Positions 54,240 to 62,775 of a stretch of DNA of 64,000 bases are shown here, one piece after another. A program made the position numbers and the translations under genes. Each line of letters begins with the position of its first letter. The first letter of the stretch is position 1. The DNA is from an uncultured Gammaproteobacteria bacterium (GTDB lineage: Bacteria > Patescibacteriota > Patescibacteriia > VMEV01 > CAYQCH01): positions 361 through 64,360 of the forward strand of contig CAYGRO010000007.1 in NCBI GenBank assembly GCA_964352335.1, given 5' to 3'. The notes below the pieces were generated by a model. The model did no database searches. It had not been told where the DNA came from and was given only the letters and a program-made list of their open reading frames with translations.

Positions 54240-54320
54240 TTCTCTTGTCTCTAGACGAAAGATTTGATATTGTAGGCTCAAAGTAAATAATTGACTCTCT
54301 CGTCTTTGCTCTTTGCAACT

Positions 54321-54743
54321 ATGCTGTCTATCCATATTTACCAAGTCCAAAAAACAAAAGACGCTGATTTACAGCGGATGGTTTCTGATTTCTATAAACG
54401 GATTGGTTCTGCAAAGGTAGAAGAAGTCACATTTAAATCAGAAGAAGATATGGTAAAATCGCTTCCACAACGCGGTTTTTTTATTGCCTTGGAAGCAAAT
54501 GGTAAAATGCTTGATTCTGAGAAATTAGCGAAATTAATCGAAGAAAAGAAAAATCAAGGAATATCTTCCTTGTTTTTTTTAATTGGTCCGCCGGACGGCT
54601 TTACTCAAAAACCGGAATCAATCGATATGGAATTATCTCTTTCTGCCATGACATTTTCCCATCAAACAATTCGTTTATTACTTGCTGAGCAATTGTATAG
54701 AGCAACCGCCATCTTAGAAGGAAAGCCGTTTGCGAAACATTGA
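54321..54743 (+). CDS. rlmH: 23S rRNA (pseudouridine1915-N3)-methyltransferase
   Basis: GKMLDSE, IGPPDG, LSLSAMTFSHQ..RLLLAEQLYRA. Confidence 0.92.
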   Translation: MLSIHIYQVQKTKDADLQRMVSDFYKRIGSAKVEEVTFKSEEDMVKSLPQRGFFIALEANGKMLDSEKLAKLIEEKKNQGISSLFFLIGPPDGFTQKPESIDMELSLSAMTFSHQTIRLLLAEQLYRATAILEGKPFAKH

Positions 54744-54880
54744 TGTTTGGTCACTTTACCGCCCCCTAACCCCCTCCTAAGATAGGTGGGGGAAGAACAA
54801 AAATCTTGTGAAATCAATTTACTCACACCCTCCCCACCTATCTTAGGAGGGGACCGAGGGGCGGTAATTGACCAGCATCA
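54741..54880. repeat. Palindromic REP/MITE-like element, copy 2
   Basis: CCCCTCCTAAGATAGGTGGGG (54771-54791) is perfectly inverted at 54832-54852; outer arms TTACCGCCCC/GGGGCGGTAA and TGATG..TGGTCA/TGACCAGCATCA. Confidence 0.85.
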
Positions 54881-54917
54881 TCTAATAAAAACAACTCATA
54901 ACACATAACCCAACCCT

Positions 54918-55598
54918 ATGAAAGAACCAATCATTTTCTCACTCGGAGGATCACTCATTGTTCCTGATCAAATTGATGCGGACTTTATTAAGGCATTTAA
55001 AAAAATCATTACGGAACGATTAGATGAGTATCGACAATTCATTTTAGTTGCCGGGGGAGGGAAAACAGCTCGAAGATATATTTCTGCGGCACAAGAAGTG
55101 AATAATCCGGAAGATGAAGATCTTGATTGGTTGGGAATCCATTCATCAAGACTAAATGGGCATTTACTGCGAACGGTTTTAAAAGATTATGCCGACCCAG
55201 AAATGATTACTTCTCCAGAAAAGATGACTCCAAGAGATGCGAAGATTCTTGTTGGTGCTGGTTATCGACCTGGAAATTCTACAGATTATGTGGCGACATT
55301 ATTTGCGAAAGCCTATGGAATCAAAACGGTCATTAACCTCTCTAATATTGATCATGTTTACGATAAAGATCCATATAAATTTGAAGATGCTCAAGCGCTT
55401 AAAACAATCTCATGGGCTGATTTTCAAAAGATGGTAGGGAGTGAATGGGTGCCTGGAATGAACTCACCATTTGACCCTGTCGCAACAAAATTAGGGGCAG
55501 AATTAGGTCTAAAAGTAGTTGTCATGAAAGGAACTGACCTAGAAAACCTTGCTAATTATTTGGATGGAAAAGACTTTAAAGGGACCATAATTGGCTAA
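54918..55598 (+). CDS. pyrH: UMP kinase, archaeal-type
   Basis: SLGGSLIVP, GGGKTARRY, DWLGI..SRLN, PGNSTD, VYDKDP, PFDP. Confidence 0.92.
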   Translation: MKEPIIFSLGGSLIVPDQIDADFIKAFKKIITERLDEYRQFILVAGGGKTARRYISAAQEVNNPEDEDLDWLGIHSSRLNGHLLRTVLKDYADPEMITSPEKMTPRDAKILVGAGYRPGNSTDYVATLFAKAYGIKTVINLSNIDHVYDKDPYKFEDAQALKTISWADFQKMVGSEWVPGMNSPFDPVATKLGAELGLKVVVMKGTDLENLANYLDGKDFKGTIIG

Positions 55599-55611
55599 TA
55601 AAGCCCCTTCC

Positions 55612-55640
55612 TTGACGTTTTTCCTTGTTTTTTGTATTAT
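55612..55640 (+). promoter_or_regulatory. sigma70 promoter of rplJL
   Basis: TTGACG-17bp-TATTAT. Confidence 0.75.
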
Positions 55641-55644
55641 CTAC

Positions 55645-55787
55645 CTACCGTAGACAACGGGCATTTAAGACCCGTCGAGGTTCAAGCAGGAGCTTTTCCT
55701 TGTTTTTTTATCTAAAAAAGCAGAGAATAGCTCCTCAAAAGGTCGTACCTCTTGAGAATCTACGGTTTACAAAACCGTATTTTTTTT
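55645..55787 (+). ncRNA. L10 leader-like autoregulatory RNA
   Basis: ACCGTAGAC..ACGGG..TTAA..CCCGT.CGAGGT...ACCTC...TCTACGGT architecture directly upstream of rplJ. Confidence 0.75.
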
Positions 55788-56327
55788 ATGGCAAAATCAA
55801 GACAACAAAAAGAACAATCCCTCAAAACATTAACAGACAATCTTACCTCTGGTAAATCTGCTGTTTTTGTAAACTTTGACGGACTTACAGTTACAGAAAC
55901 ACAAGAGTTTCGTGCCCAATGTCGAGAAAATAACTTGGCATATATGGTTGCGAAGAAAACTCTTTTACGTAAAGCATTAGAAGCAGCTAATCTTTCTGAA
56001 GTAGATACAAGCATCTTTGAAAAAGGTGTTGGTACTGTTATCGGTTTGGAAGATGAAGTTGCTCCAGCTCAAGTAGCTGACAAATTCGCAAAGACTCATG
56101 AAGCAATGACAATCTTAGGTGGAGTTATGACTGAAAACCCAGAAGGGACTAAGTTCATGGATATCGCTCAAGTTTCAGCGCTTGCAAAACTTCCTTCAAA
56201 AGAAGTATTACTTGGTCGTTTGGTTGGTAGCATCAATGCTCCAGTCTCTGGATTTGTAAATGTACTTGCTGGAAATATCCGAGGTCTTGTTAATGTTCTT
56301 AATGGAATTAAAGACCAACAATCTTAA
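55788..56327 (+). CDS. rplJ: 50S ribosomal protein L10
   Basis: GLTV, VAKKTLL..AL, LAKLPSKEVLL. Confidence 0.96.
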   Translation: MAKSRQQKEQSLKTLTDNLTSGKSAVFVNFDGLTVTETQEFRAQCRENNLAYMVAKKTLLRKALEAANLSEVDTSIFEKGVGTVIGLEDEVAPAQVADKFAKTHEAMTILGGVMTENPEGTKFMDIAQVSALAKLPSKEVLLGRLVGSINAPVSGFVNVLAGNIRGLVNVLNGIKDQQS

Positions 56328-56372
56328 TTGGTAGATGTGCAATCATTTGTGCATCATTGAAATGATAAAATT

Positions 56373-56792
56373 ATGTCAGAAGAAGTAACAAAAAAAGAAG
56401 TGGAAGTACCTGCAAAATTTAAAGGTATCGTGGAAGAAATCGAAAAAATGTCTGTACTAGATCTTTCTGAATTAGTTTCTCTTTTAGAAGACAAATTCGG
56501 AGTATCTGCAGCTGGAGCTCCAATGATGATGGCTGGAGTTATGCCAGGAGCAGAAGCTGGTGCTGCTGCTGAAGAAAAATCAGAATTCGCTGTTGAATTA
56601 ACAGACGGTGGTGCGAACAAAATTGCTGTAATTAAAGCAATTCGAGCTGTTAGCTCTGATCTTTCACTTAAAGATGCGAAAGACATGGTAGACGGTGCTC
56701 CACAAGTTATTAAAGAAGGTGTGAAAAAAGAAGATGCAGAAGCAATGAAAGCTGCTATCGAAGAAGCTGGTGGAAAAGTAACTTTAAAATAA
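56373..56792 (+). CDS. rplL: 50S ribosomal protein L7/L12
   Basis: LEDKFGVSA, EEKSEF, KIAVIK, LKDAKDMV, EAGGKVTLK. Confidence 0.98.
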   Translation: MSEEVTKKEVEVPAKFKGIVEEIEKMSVLDLSELVSLLEDKFGVSAAGAPMMMAGVMPGAEAGAAAEEKSEFAVELTDGGANKIAVIKAIRAVSSDLSLKDAKDMVDGAPQVIKEGVKKEDAEAMKAAIEEAGGKVTLK

Positions 56793-56810
56793 GCCTTTTC
56801 TCTCAAAACG

Positions 56811-56841
56811 AAAAGAACTCGGCTAATCCCGAGTTCTTTTT
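56811..56841 (+). terminator. Terminator after rplL
   Basis: AAAAGAACTCGG-CTAATC-CCGAGTTCTTTTT. Confidence 0.85.
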
Positions 56842-56933
56842 ATTTGCCTAACAGAGGTGTCGAGTTGCCTCATTTATAGTATTGCTATTTCTATTTAAAG
56901 ATTTACAACTTATGTTTGACGCTGACGTTAGTC

Positions 56934-57069
56934 CTTCATTTTTGAGCGGGCAAAAACGAAGCAAACCTGCCTGCCGGCAGGAACCCGCTGGGGTACTAGG
57001 AGCTTCTTGCTTGTTCCTCAGTACTAATAATTATCACAGAAGCAGCTATTCCCCCAGACCTCAATAGCT
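56934..57069. other. Highly structured intergenic element (candidate ncRNA or repeat)
   Basis: Four hairpins with loop-to-downstream complementarities; includes palindrome CCTGCCGGCAGG (56970-56981). Confidence 0.55.
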
Positions 57070-57102
57070 CATTTTTGATTTTTCTTGATTCGCTTGATTT
57101 AA

Positions 57103-57137
57103 TTAAAAAGCGTTATCAGGATGACAACGTTTTTTAA
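57103..57137. terminator. Hairpin, probable terminator of the minus-strand gene
   Basis: TTAAAAAGCGTT...AACGTTTTTTAA. Confidence 0.5.
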
Positions 57138-57172
57138 GAGAGATTGATTTTAACTATCAAAACCTACTAGTT

Positions 57173-59452
57173 CTAAAGTGATTCAAGTTGATAAAGCTTA
57201 TTTGTAGACAAGAGATAGACAATATTCGTTTCTGGGTCAACGGCTAGGTCGACAAAATTATCTGCTCCTTCAATGAGATATTGACCAATAAATTTACCCG
57301 TCTTTTCAAAGATAAGTAAACGACTTGGTTCGATAAGATAGACTTTTGTAGTTAGGTCATTCGTCCAAATCTTTTGTGCATTTTCTAATGGGGGGTCAAT
57401 AGGATCTAAAACTAATCCTGGATTAGCAGGAACTCCAGAATTATATTGGACAATTTTATTAGGGAGTAATGCATAGATAGATCCATCAATTGCAAGATCT
57501 CTTGCTGAGCTAAGATCTACCGATTGGTCAGAAATCCAATTTGATAAGACAGAATAATTTGGTGCTGTATTAGATCGCATAATCTGATTCGTTTCTGGAG
57601 AAAGGGTATAGAGTCGGCTATTAAAGTAAGCAGATCCAATCAAGTTAGATTGTAAATTTGCAACGGTGCTTGTTCCTTGTCCTGTTGCAATATTAATAGC
57701 GGTAACCGTATTTGATCCAACGGTAATTAATGTATCTGCTCCATTGGGGGTAATCGAATTCCATTGAGTAAGGTCGGTTGCTAAGTTAATCGTAGATTTA
57801 GTATTATCTGCTTTTGATAATTGCAATAAAGTTGATGGCGTGGTTCCCATCACAAGCAAAGAGTTATTTGTTAAAACAACCTCTTGTGCAGGACTTCCAA
57901 AGAATCCTTGTGCATCTTTAAGTAATTCAGTAGGAGCTGAAAGGATTGTTTCTTTTCGTAATTTACTTTGTTGGATTATTAATTTTGCTTGTAGCTCTTC
58001 TCTTTGTTGATTTAATGATTCAATTGAAGCTATTTCATTCAATTTTGCTTCACTGTCTTGAACAAGCCCTATTGCATCTGATTCTCTTCCTACGATTAAA
58101 AATGCATCTGTTTTATCAATGTTTTCTTGGGCAATACTAAGATTTGTTTCGGCGGCGGCTAATTGGTCGGCTTTTGCTTGCTGTGACTTTTTCACTTTAT
58201 TTCCTCCAAAAAGAAGAAGTGCAATAACAAGTATTCCAACATAAAACAGTGGTTGTTTGGCAATTCCAGAGCGTTTAAAATTTGATCCAGCTCTACCTAA
58301 GGGGCGCATGAGAGACTTAATTCTTTGTTTCCAAAGTGATGATTTTATTACTTGATTATTTGTATGCAACATTTCCATGGCTGAACGAGAAGATGGTGCA
58401 TTCGAAAAACGCTTTTGAACAAAAAGAATTGTTTTAGAAATGATAAACTGACCAGTTTTTACTGTGGTTTGAAGTGCTTCAATGGCTATAGAGCTATTCT
58501 TTTTTTGCCCAGCAGAAGGAATAACTTCTGAGTGGTTTGGAGTAAGACTAGAGGTTACTTGATTTTTAATACCAGAAAAAAATGATCCAATACTACCAAG
58601 CCCCATACCCCCTTGATTACCTAAGAGTTTTTGGGTGTCAGATTGCGTTTGTAATAGCGTATCTATAGAGTCTTGCACATTTCCTGGTGTTTCAAAGAGT
58701 GCTTGTTGGTTTGTCATTGGGTAGGGAGACAGCTTTAACGTAATCCCCGAAACAATATGGTCATTTGGTCTAAACTGTACTTGGTTTTCAAAATGTTTTA
58801 ATGCGGGGCTGGCAGATAATGTAGATAAAACATGTTTGATTTCTGTTAGGGAAATGTAGTTGAGTAAATTAGGGGTACAAAAGAATAATTGGTCATTTTT
58901 TGGCAAAGTACTTGTAAGAATATTTTGGAAAAACTTTTGTGGGATTTGATGACTCGGTAAAATATCTGGTGAGTCAAAAATACTAATTAATTTCTTTGTG
59001 TCTAATTGAGCATTATTTAATAACCATCCAGTAATTTTTCCAAATCGACTTGTGTAATATTGTAAGCGTTTTGGATTTGTATCTGGAGCAATCATTCCCA
59101 CGAGCATCGCCCAAGATTGAATTGGAAGTGGGGCAGAGATATCATGTAAAAAATGTGAAATTTCTGAATTCATTTTTTGAAGACATTGTTCGAAAAAATC
59201 ATCAATAGTAATAGAGACTTGATTGCCTTCTAGCAAGGCTTGTTGGTAACGAATGGTGTCGATTAGTCGACTAGATAATTCTTTGATGATAGATGGATTA
59301 TCTACCGGTCCTTCTTGAAAAACAATGAAACCGAAAAATTTGAGCGATCTATGCTCATCTAATTCAATGTCGATACTCCAAGAATGGCTGACAGCATTGC
59401 TCAAATCTTGCTGAATAGAGAAATGGGCAAATGGGAGATCTAGTCGGTTCAT
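57173..59452 (-). CDS. Membrane protein: degenerate PP2C-like N-domain, TM, coiled coil, beta-propeller
   Basis: DQLFFCTPNLLNYIS resembles the PP2C D-x-L-L-L-C-S-D-G-L motif; TM near aa 400; YFNSRLYTL, DLAIDGSIY, DLAVD propeller blades. Confidence 0.65.
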   Translation of the reverse strand: MNRLDLPFAHFSIQQDLSNAVSHSWSIDIELDEHRSLKFFGFIVFQEGPVDNPSIIKELSSRLIDTIRYQQALLEGNQVSITIDDFFEQCLQKMNSEISHFLHDISAPLPIQSWAMLVGMIAPDTNPKRLQYYTSRFGKITGWLLNNAQLDTKKLISIFDSPDILPSHQIPQKFFQNILTSTLPKNDQLFFCTPNLLNYISLTEIKHVLSTLSASPALKHFENQVQFRPNDHIVSGITLKLSPYPMTNQQALFETPGNVQDSIDTLLQTQSDTQKLLGNQGGMGLGSIGSFFSGIKNQVTSSLTPNHSEVIPSAGQKKNSSIAIEALQTTVKTGQFIISKTILFVQKRFSNAPSSRSAMEMLHTNNQVIKSSLWKQRIKSLMRPLGRAGSNFKRSGIAKQPLFYVGILVIALLLFGGNKVKKSQQAKADQLAAAETNLSIAQENIDKTDAFLIVGRESDAIGLVQDSEAKLNEIASIESLNQQREELQAKLIIQQSKLRKETILSAPTELLKDAQGFFGSPAQEVVLTNNSLLVMGTTPSTLLQLSKADNTKSTINLATDLTQWNSITPNGADTLITVGSNTVTAINIATGQGTSTVANLQSNLIGSAYFNSRLYTLSPETNQIMRSNTAPNYSVLSNWISDQSVDLSSARDLAIDGSIYALLPNKIVQYNSGVPANPGLVLDPIDPPLENAQKIWTNDLTTKVYLIEPSRLLIFEKTGKFIGQYLIEGADNFVDLAVDPETNIVYLLSTNKLYQLESL

Positions 59453-59567
59453 AGGGTATTAAAATAGGGGAGATTTTCAAGTCAGCTTTACAGATAAAAT
59501 CAAAGTTATTATACTGGATTCGTCTCACAGATTCAACTATTTTATTCACCCTATTTAGGCAAAATCT

Positions 59568-60197
59568 ATGCTTGATCAATTATTTGGTTCAAAAACACGT
59601 GTAGCATTACTCAAGCTCTTTTTTGAAAACAAAGACCGTGCTTATTTTGTTCGGGAGCTCACCAGAGAGATTGATGCCCAAATTAACTCAGTAAGGCGGG
59701 AATTGGAGAATTTAGTGCAATTAGGCATTGTTGGTGTGGTAGAAGAACCACCTGAACCAGAGTTAAAAGAGTGGGAAGAAGAAGTCCCGAAAGGGTTAAA
59801 TAGAAAGAAGTTTTATCAGTTGAATCATTTATTTGTTCTACATGATGAACTATCTTCGTTATTTTCAAAATCACATTTGATGTTGGAAAAAGATCTCATG
59901 GATAAATTAGCAGAGCTCGATAACCTCTATTTATTGGTTATGACAGGGTTCTTTACAAAAAATACAGAGACTAAGACTGATATATTGGTCGTTGGTTCAG
60001 TCAATAAAAACGCCTTGTCTCAAATAGTTGCTCAGTACGAGAAAAAGCTTGAACAAGAAATCAACTATACAACAATGACACTAAAAGAGTATGAATATCG
60101 CCAAGAAATCACCGATCGATTCCTTTATGACATTTTAGTAAATGACAAAATTGTCTTAGTAGATAAAATCGGTATCGAAGACTTTAAACGTGGTTAA
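59568..60197 (+). CDS. Winged-helix + nucleotidyltransferase-like protein
   Basis: LFGSKTR, YFVREL, INSVRRELENL..LG; TGFF...TDILVVG; INYT. Confidence 0.8.
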   Translation: MLDQLFGSKTRVALLKLFFENKDRAYFVRELTREIDAQINSVRRELENLVQLGIVGVVEEPPEPELKEWEEEVPKGLNRKKFYQLNHLFVLHDELSSLFSKSHLMLEKDLMDKLAELDNLYLLVMTGFFTKNTETKTDILVVGSVNKNALSQIVAQYEKKLEQEINYTTMTLKEYEYRQEITDRFLYDILVNDKIVLVDKIGIEDFKRG

Positions 60198-60202
60198 GCT
60201 GT

Positions 60203-60559
60203 ATGTATTTATTTATTGATACAAATGAAAGCAGATTCGCTTTTTTTCAAGAAAAAGAGACTTTTGAGCATCTTCAATGGAATGCTGTGGAACAAGAGCA
60301 GTCACTAAGTCGAGAAATCAAAGCAAAAAGTACACACTTTAAAGGAATTATTGTTTTACAAGGAAAAGGCGGATTTTCTCAAACCCGAGAAGGAATCGTC
60401 TTTGCCAATATTTTTAATCAAACCAAGCAAATTCCTATCATGGCTATATCTGCAGACGACTTAGAGTCTCAATCACTCGATGAATTAGTCGTACAGCTTA
60501 AAGCAACAGGGAATAAGCCGTTAATGCCCCACTATTTTGCAGAAGCGAATATTTCTTGA
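60203..60559 (+). CDS. Short TsaB-like protein
   Basis: MYLFIDT, GIIV..GKGGFSQTREG (cf. GPGSFTGLRIG), P.Y..EANIS. Confidence 0.6.
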   Translation: MYLFIDTNESRFAFFQEKETFEHLQWNAVEQEQSLSREIKAKSTHFKGIIVLQGKGGFSQTREGIVFANIFNQTKQIPIMAISADDLESQSLDELVVQLKATGNKPLMPHYFAEANIS

Positions 60560-60614
60560 CCGCCATCAGAGCGAAAAAGCTACTATCCTGCCAGCTACTA
60601 GCTAATACAAACAT

Positions 60615-60623
60615 TTATCCACA
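60615..60623 (+). promoter_or_regulatory. Consensus DnaA box
   Basis: TTATCCACA upstream of the mraZ promoter. Confidence 0.55.
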
Positions 60624-60624
60624 G

Positions 60625-60650
60625 AACCCACGAATTATCGTGGGTTTTTT
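60625..60650 (+). terminator. Intrinsic terminator
   Basis: AACCCACGA-AT-TATCGTGGGTT then T-run (stem AACCCACGA/TCGTGGGTT). Confidence 0.75.
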
Positions 60651-60653
60651 GTG

Positions 60654-60716
60654 TTGACCAGTGGCGAGTGGTGGGGTACAATTGGTTTGTAGTGGCATGA
60701 AGTGGGGAAGAGTGGT
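60654..60716 (+). promoter_or_regulatory. dcw promoter with MraZ-binding GTGG repeats
   Basis: TTGACC-17bp-TACAAT; GTGG at 60661, 60671, 60692, 60702, 60712 (about 10-bp period). Confidence 0.85.
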
Positions 60717-60980
60717 GAATCTACTTTTTCTCTACACATCGCGCTTTTCGATGCCAGCAGTTGTATACGGTTAAACTGGCTTTACCTTTTTCCGGGGTTC
60801 AAGAATTTGCACTTATTTAAAGTCTTTCTATGAACCCCGAACCAAATGGTTTATACCAAAGGGGAATAACTAATACGTATTAGAACTTACCCTTTGTGAT
60901 TAACACCTACCTATGTCTGGTTATCGTGAAGGGTGCTCCTTGCATCGGATACGGTCATGGATCACTCAAGAATGCCCAAT

Positions 60981-61412
60981 ATGTTTATCGGAGAATACAA
61001 TCACTCAGTTGATGACAAAGGAAGAATGGCAATCCCTGCCAAATTCCGAACAAAGCTCAAATCTGGAGCTGTCATTACCAAAGGACTAGACAATTGTCTG
61101 GTTATTTACCCTAAAGCAGAATGGGAAACACTAGCGGAAAAGTTATCTTCTTTGCCTATCAGCCAAGCAAATACACGAGCATTCTCTCGTTTGATGCTTG
61201 CCGGAGCTATGGATATAGAGCTTGATAAGCAGGGAAGAATGATTATTCCAGAATATCTAAGAAAGTTCGCTGACTTAGAAAAAAAGGTAATCATTGCTGG
61301 TCTTTACAATAGGCTAGAGGTGTGGGATGAGACTAAATGGGAAGGGTATCGATCTGAAACTGAAGAAGCAAGCTCCGAAATCGCTGAGCAACTTGGCGAA
61401 TTAGGTGTTTAA
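60981..61412 (+). CDS. mraZ: Transcriptional regulator MraZ
   Basis: MFIGEYNHSVDDKGR, DKQGR, 143 aa. Confidence 0.97.
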   Translation: MFIGEYNHSVDDKGRMAIPAKFRTKLKSGAVITKGLDNCLVIYPKAEWETLAEKLSSLPISQANTRAFSRLMLAGAMDIELDKQGRMIIPEYLRKFADLEKKVIIAGLYNRLEVWDETKWEGYRSETEEASSEIAEQLGELGV

Positions 61413-61421
61413 ACCCCAACT

Positions 61422-62339
61422 ATGAAACATCAACCCGTTTTACTTGAACAAGTAATAGAAGCCTTGGCTATCAAAAAAGATGGCATCTATATTGATGGAA
61501 CTATTGGCTATGGTGGTCATGCCGAAGTTATTGCGTCTCACTTAAGTAAACAAGGTCAATTAATTGGCTTTGATAGAGATGAAACAGCTTTAGCTCATAC
61601 CAAAGAAAGATTAAGTAAGTATCCTCAAGTAAAGCTTGTACATGCTTCATATGGGGAAATACCAGAACAAGTAAATGAGCTTGTCGACGGAATCTTATTA
61701 GATCTTGGTGCCTCTTCTCCTCAATTTGATGAAGCTCATCGAGGGTTTTCTTTCAAACAAGATGGACCATTAGATATGCGTTTTGACATCAGTGGCACAA
61801 AAATTACTGCTGCTGATATCGTGAACACGTATCAAGAGAAAGAGTTAGTCTCAATTCTCAAAGAATACGGCGAAGAACGTCAGGCAAGGTTTATTGTCCG
61901 AGCCATAATGGAACGGAGACAAACACAGCCATTTGAAACAACATCTGATCTAGCATTGCTTATTGAAGATGTTATTCCAAGACGGTTTTGGCCAAAAAGT
62001 ATTCATCCTGCAACTAGAACGTTTCAAGCGTTACGAATTGCCGTAAATGACGAATTAGAGATTATCAAGCAAGCAATACCAAATCTTATTGCTCGCTTAA
62101 AACCTGGAGGACGTATCGCAATTATTTCTTTCCATTCTTTAGAAGACCGTCTTGTAAAACGGGCTTATAAAGAAGCAGAGAACGATTGCATTTGCCCAAA
62201 AGACTTTCCAATTTGTCAGTGTGACAAAGAACAAACAATACGTATTCTCTCAAAAAAACCAATTAGTGCGACAAAAATACAAATAAAAAACAACGTTCGG
62301 TCTCGTAGTGCTAAACTGCGTGTGGCTGAGCGAATATAA
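61422..62339 (+). CDS. rsmH: 16S rRNA m4C1402 methyltransferase
   Basis: HQPVLL, DGTIGYGGH, RGFSF..DGPLDMR, FQALRIAVN, SFHSLEDR, RSRSAKLR. Confidence 0.98.
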   Translation: MKHQPVLLEQVIEALAIKKDGIYIDGTIGYGGHAEVIASHLSKQGQLIGFDRDETALAHTKERLSKYPQVKLVHASYGEIPEQVNELVDGILLDLGASSPQFDEAHRGFSFKQDGPLDMRFDISGTKITAADIVNTYQEKELVSILKEYGEERQARFIVRAIMERRQTQPFETTSDLALLIEDVIPRRFWPKSIHPATRTFQALRIAVNDELEIIKQAIPNLIARLKPGGRIAIISFHSLEDRLVKRAYKEAENDCICPKDFPICQCDKEQTIRILSKKPISATKIQIKNNVRSRSAKLRVAERI

Positions 62340-62343
62340 TACT

Positions 62344-62703
62344 ATGAAAAAGCGATCAATATTTGCTTCGTATAAAAGAAAGTTCCGTTTAAATTATCGT
62401 CAAATGGGGTCATGGTTTATCCAGAGTCGTCATGCAAGAGTAGGAGTACTAGGTTTGACCATGTTCATGGGGTTATTCTATGTTTTACAAATGAATGTTT
62501 CTGCTACAAAAGGGTATGATATTCGAGAATTAGAGCAGACAAAAACAACTTTACAAAAACAAGCTCGTCGGTTAGAGTTGGAAGCTATGGAGCTACAATC
62601 AGTAGATAGATTAATGGCTCAATTACCGCAATACCGCCTTGTTGAGGCACAACCAGACGCATATTTGAGTACAGCAACAACAACTTTTGCTGCAGCTCGT
62701 TAG
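62344..62703 (+). CDS. ftsL: FtsL-like cell division protein
   Basis: TM + coiled coil between rsmH and the PBP gene. Confidence 0.7.
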   Translation: MKKRSIFASYKRKFRLNYRQMGSWFIQSRHARVGVLGLTMFMGLFYVLQMNVSATKGYDIRELEQTKTTLQKQARRLELEAMELQSVDRLMAQLPQYRLVEAQPDAYLSTATTTFAAAR

Positions 62704-62775
62704 TCTGAAAAACTCAATAAGTTTACGAGAGGTGGTTATTGTATAAACCACCTTTTAATAAACAAAAAAACAGAT

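Noticed and set aside
56354-56806. 150-aa antisense ORF over rplL, and other 60-110 aa antisense ORFs in the track
   Set aside because: Mirror frames of well-conserved genes with no independent signals
56882-57067. 61-aa ORF across the structured element
   Set aside because: TTG start with no protein-like features; better explained as structured non-coding sequence
60560-60980. Replication origin
   Set aside because: Only one DnaA box, no box cluster or adjacent dnaA/dnaN; the GTGG repeats fit MraZ sites
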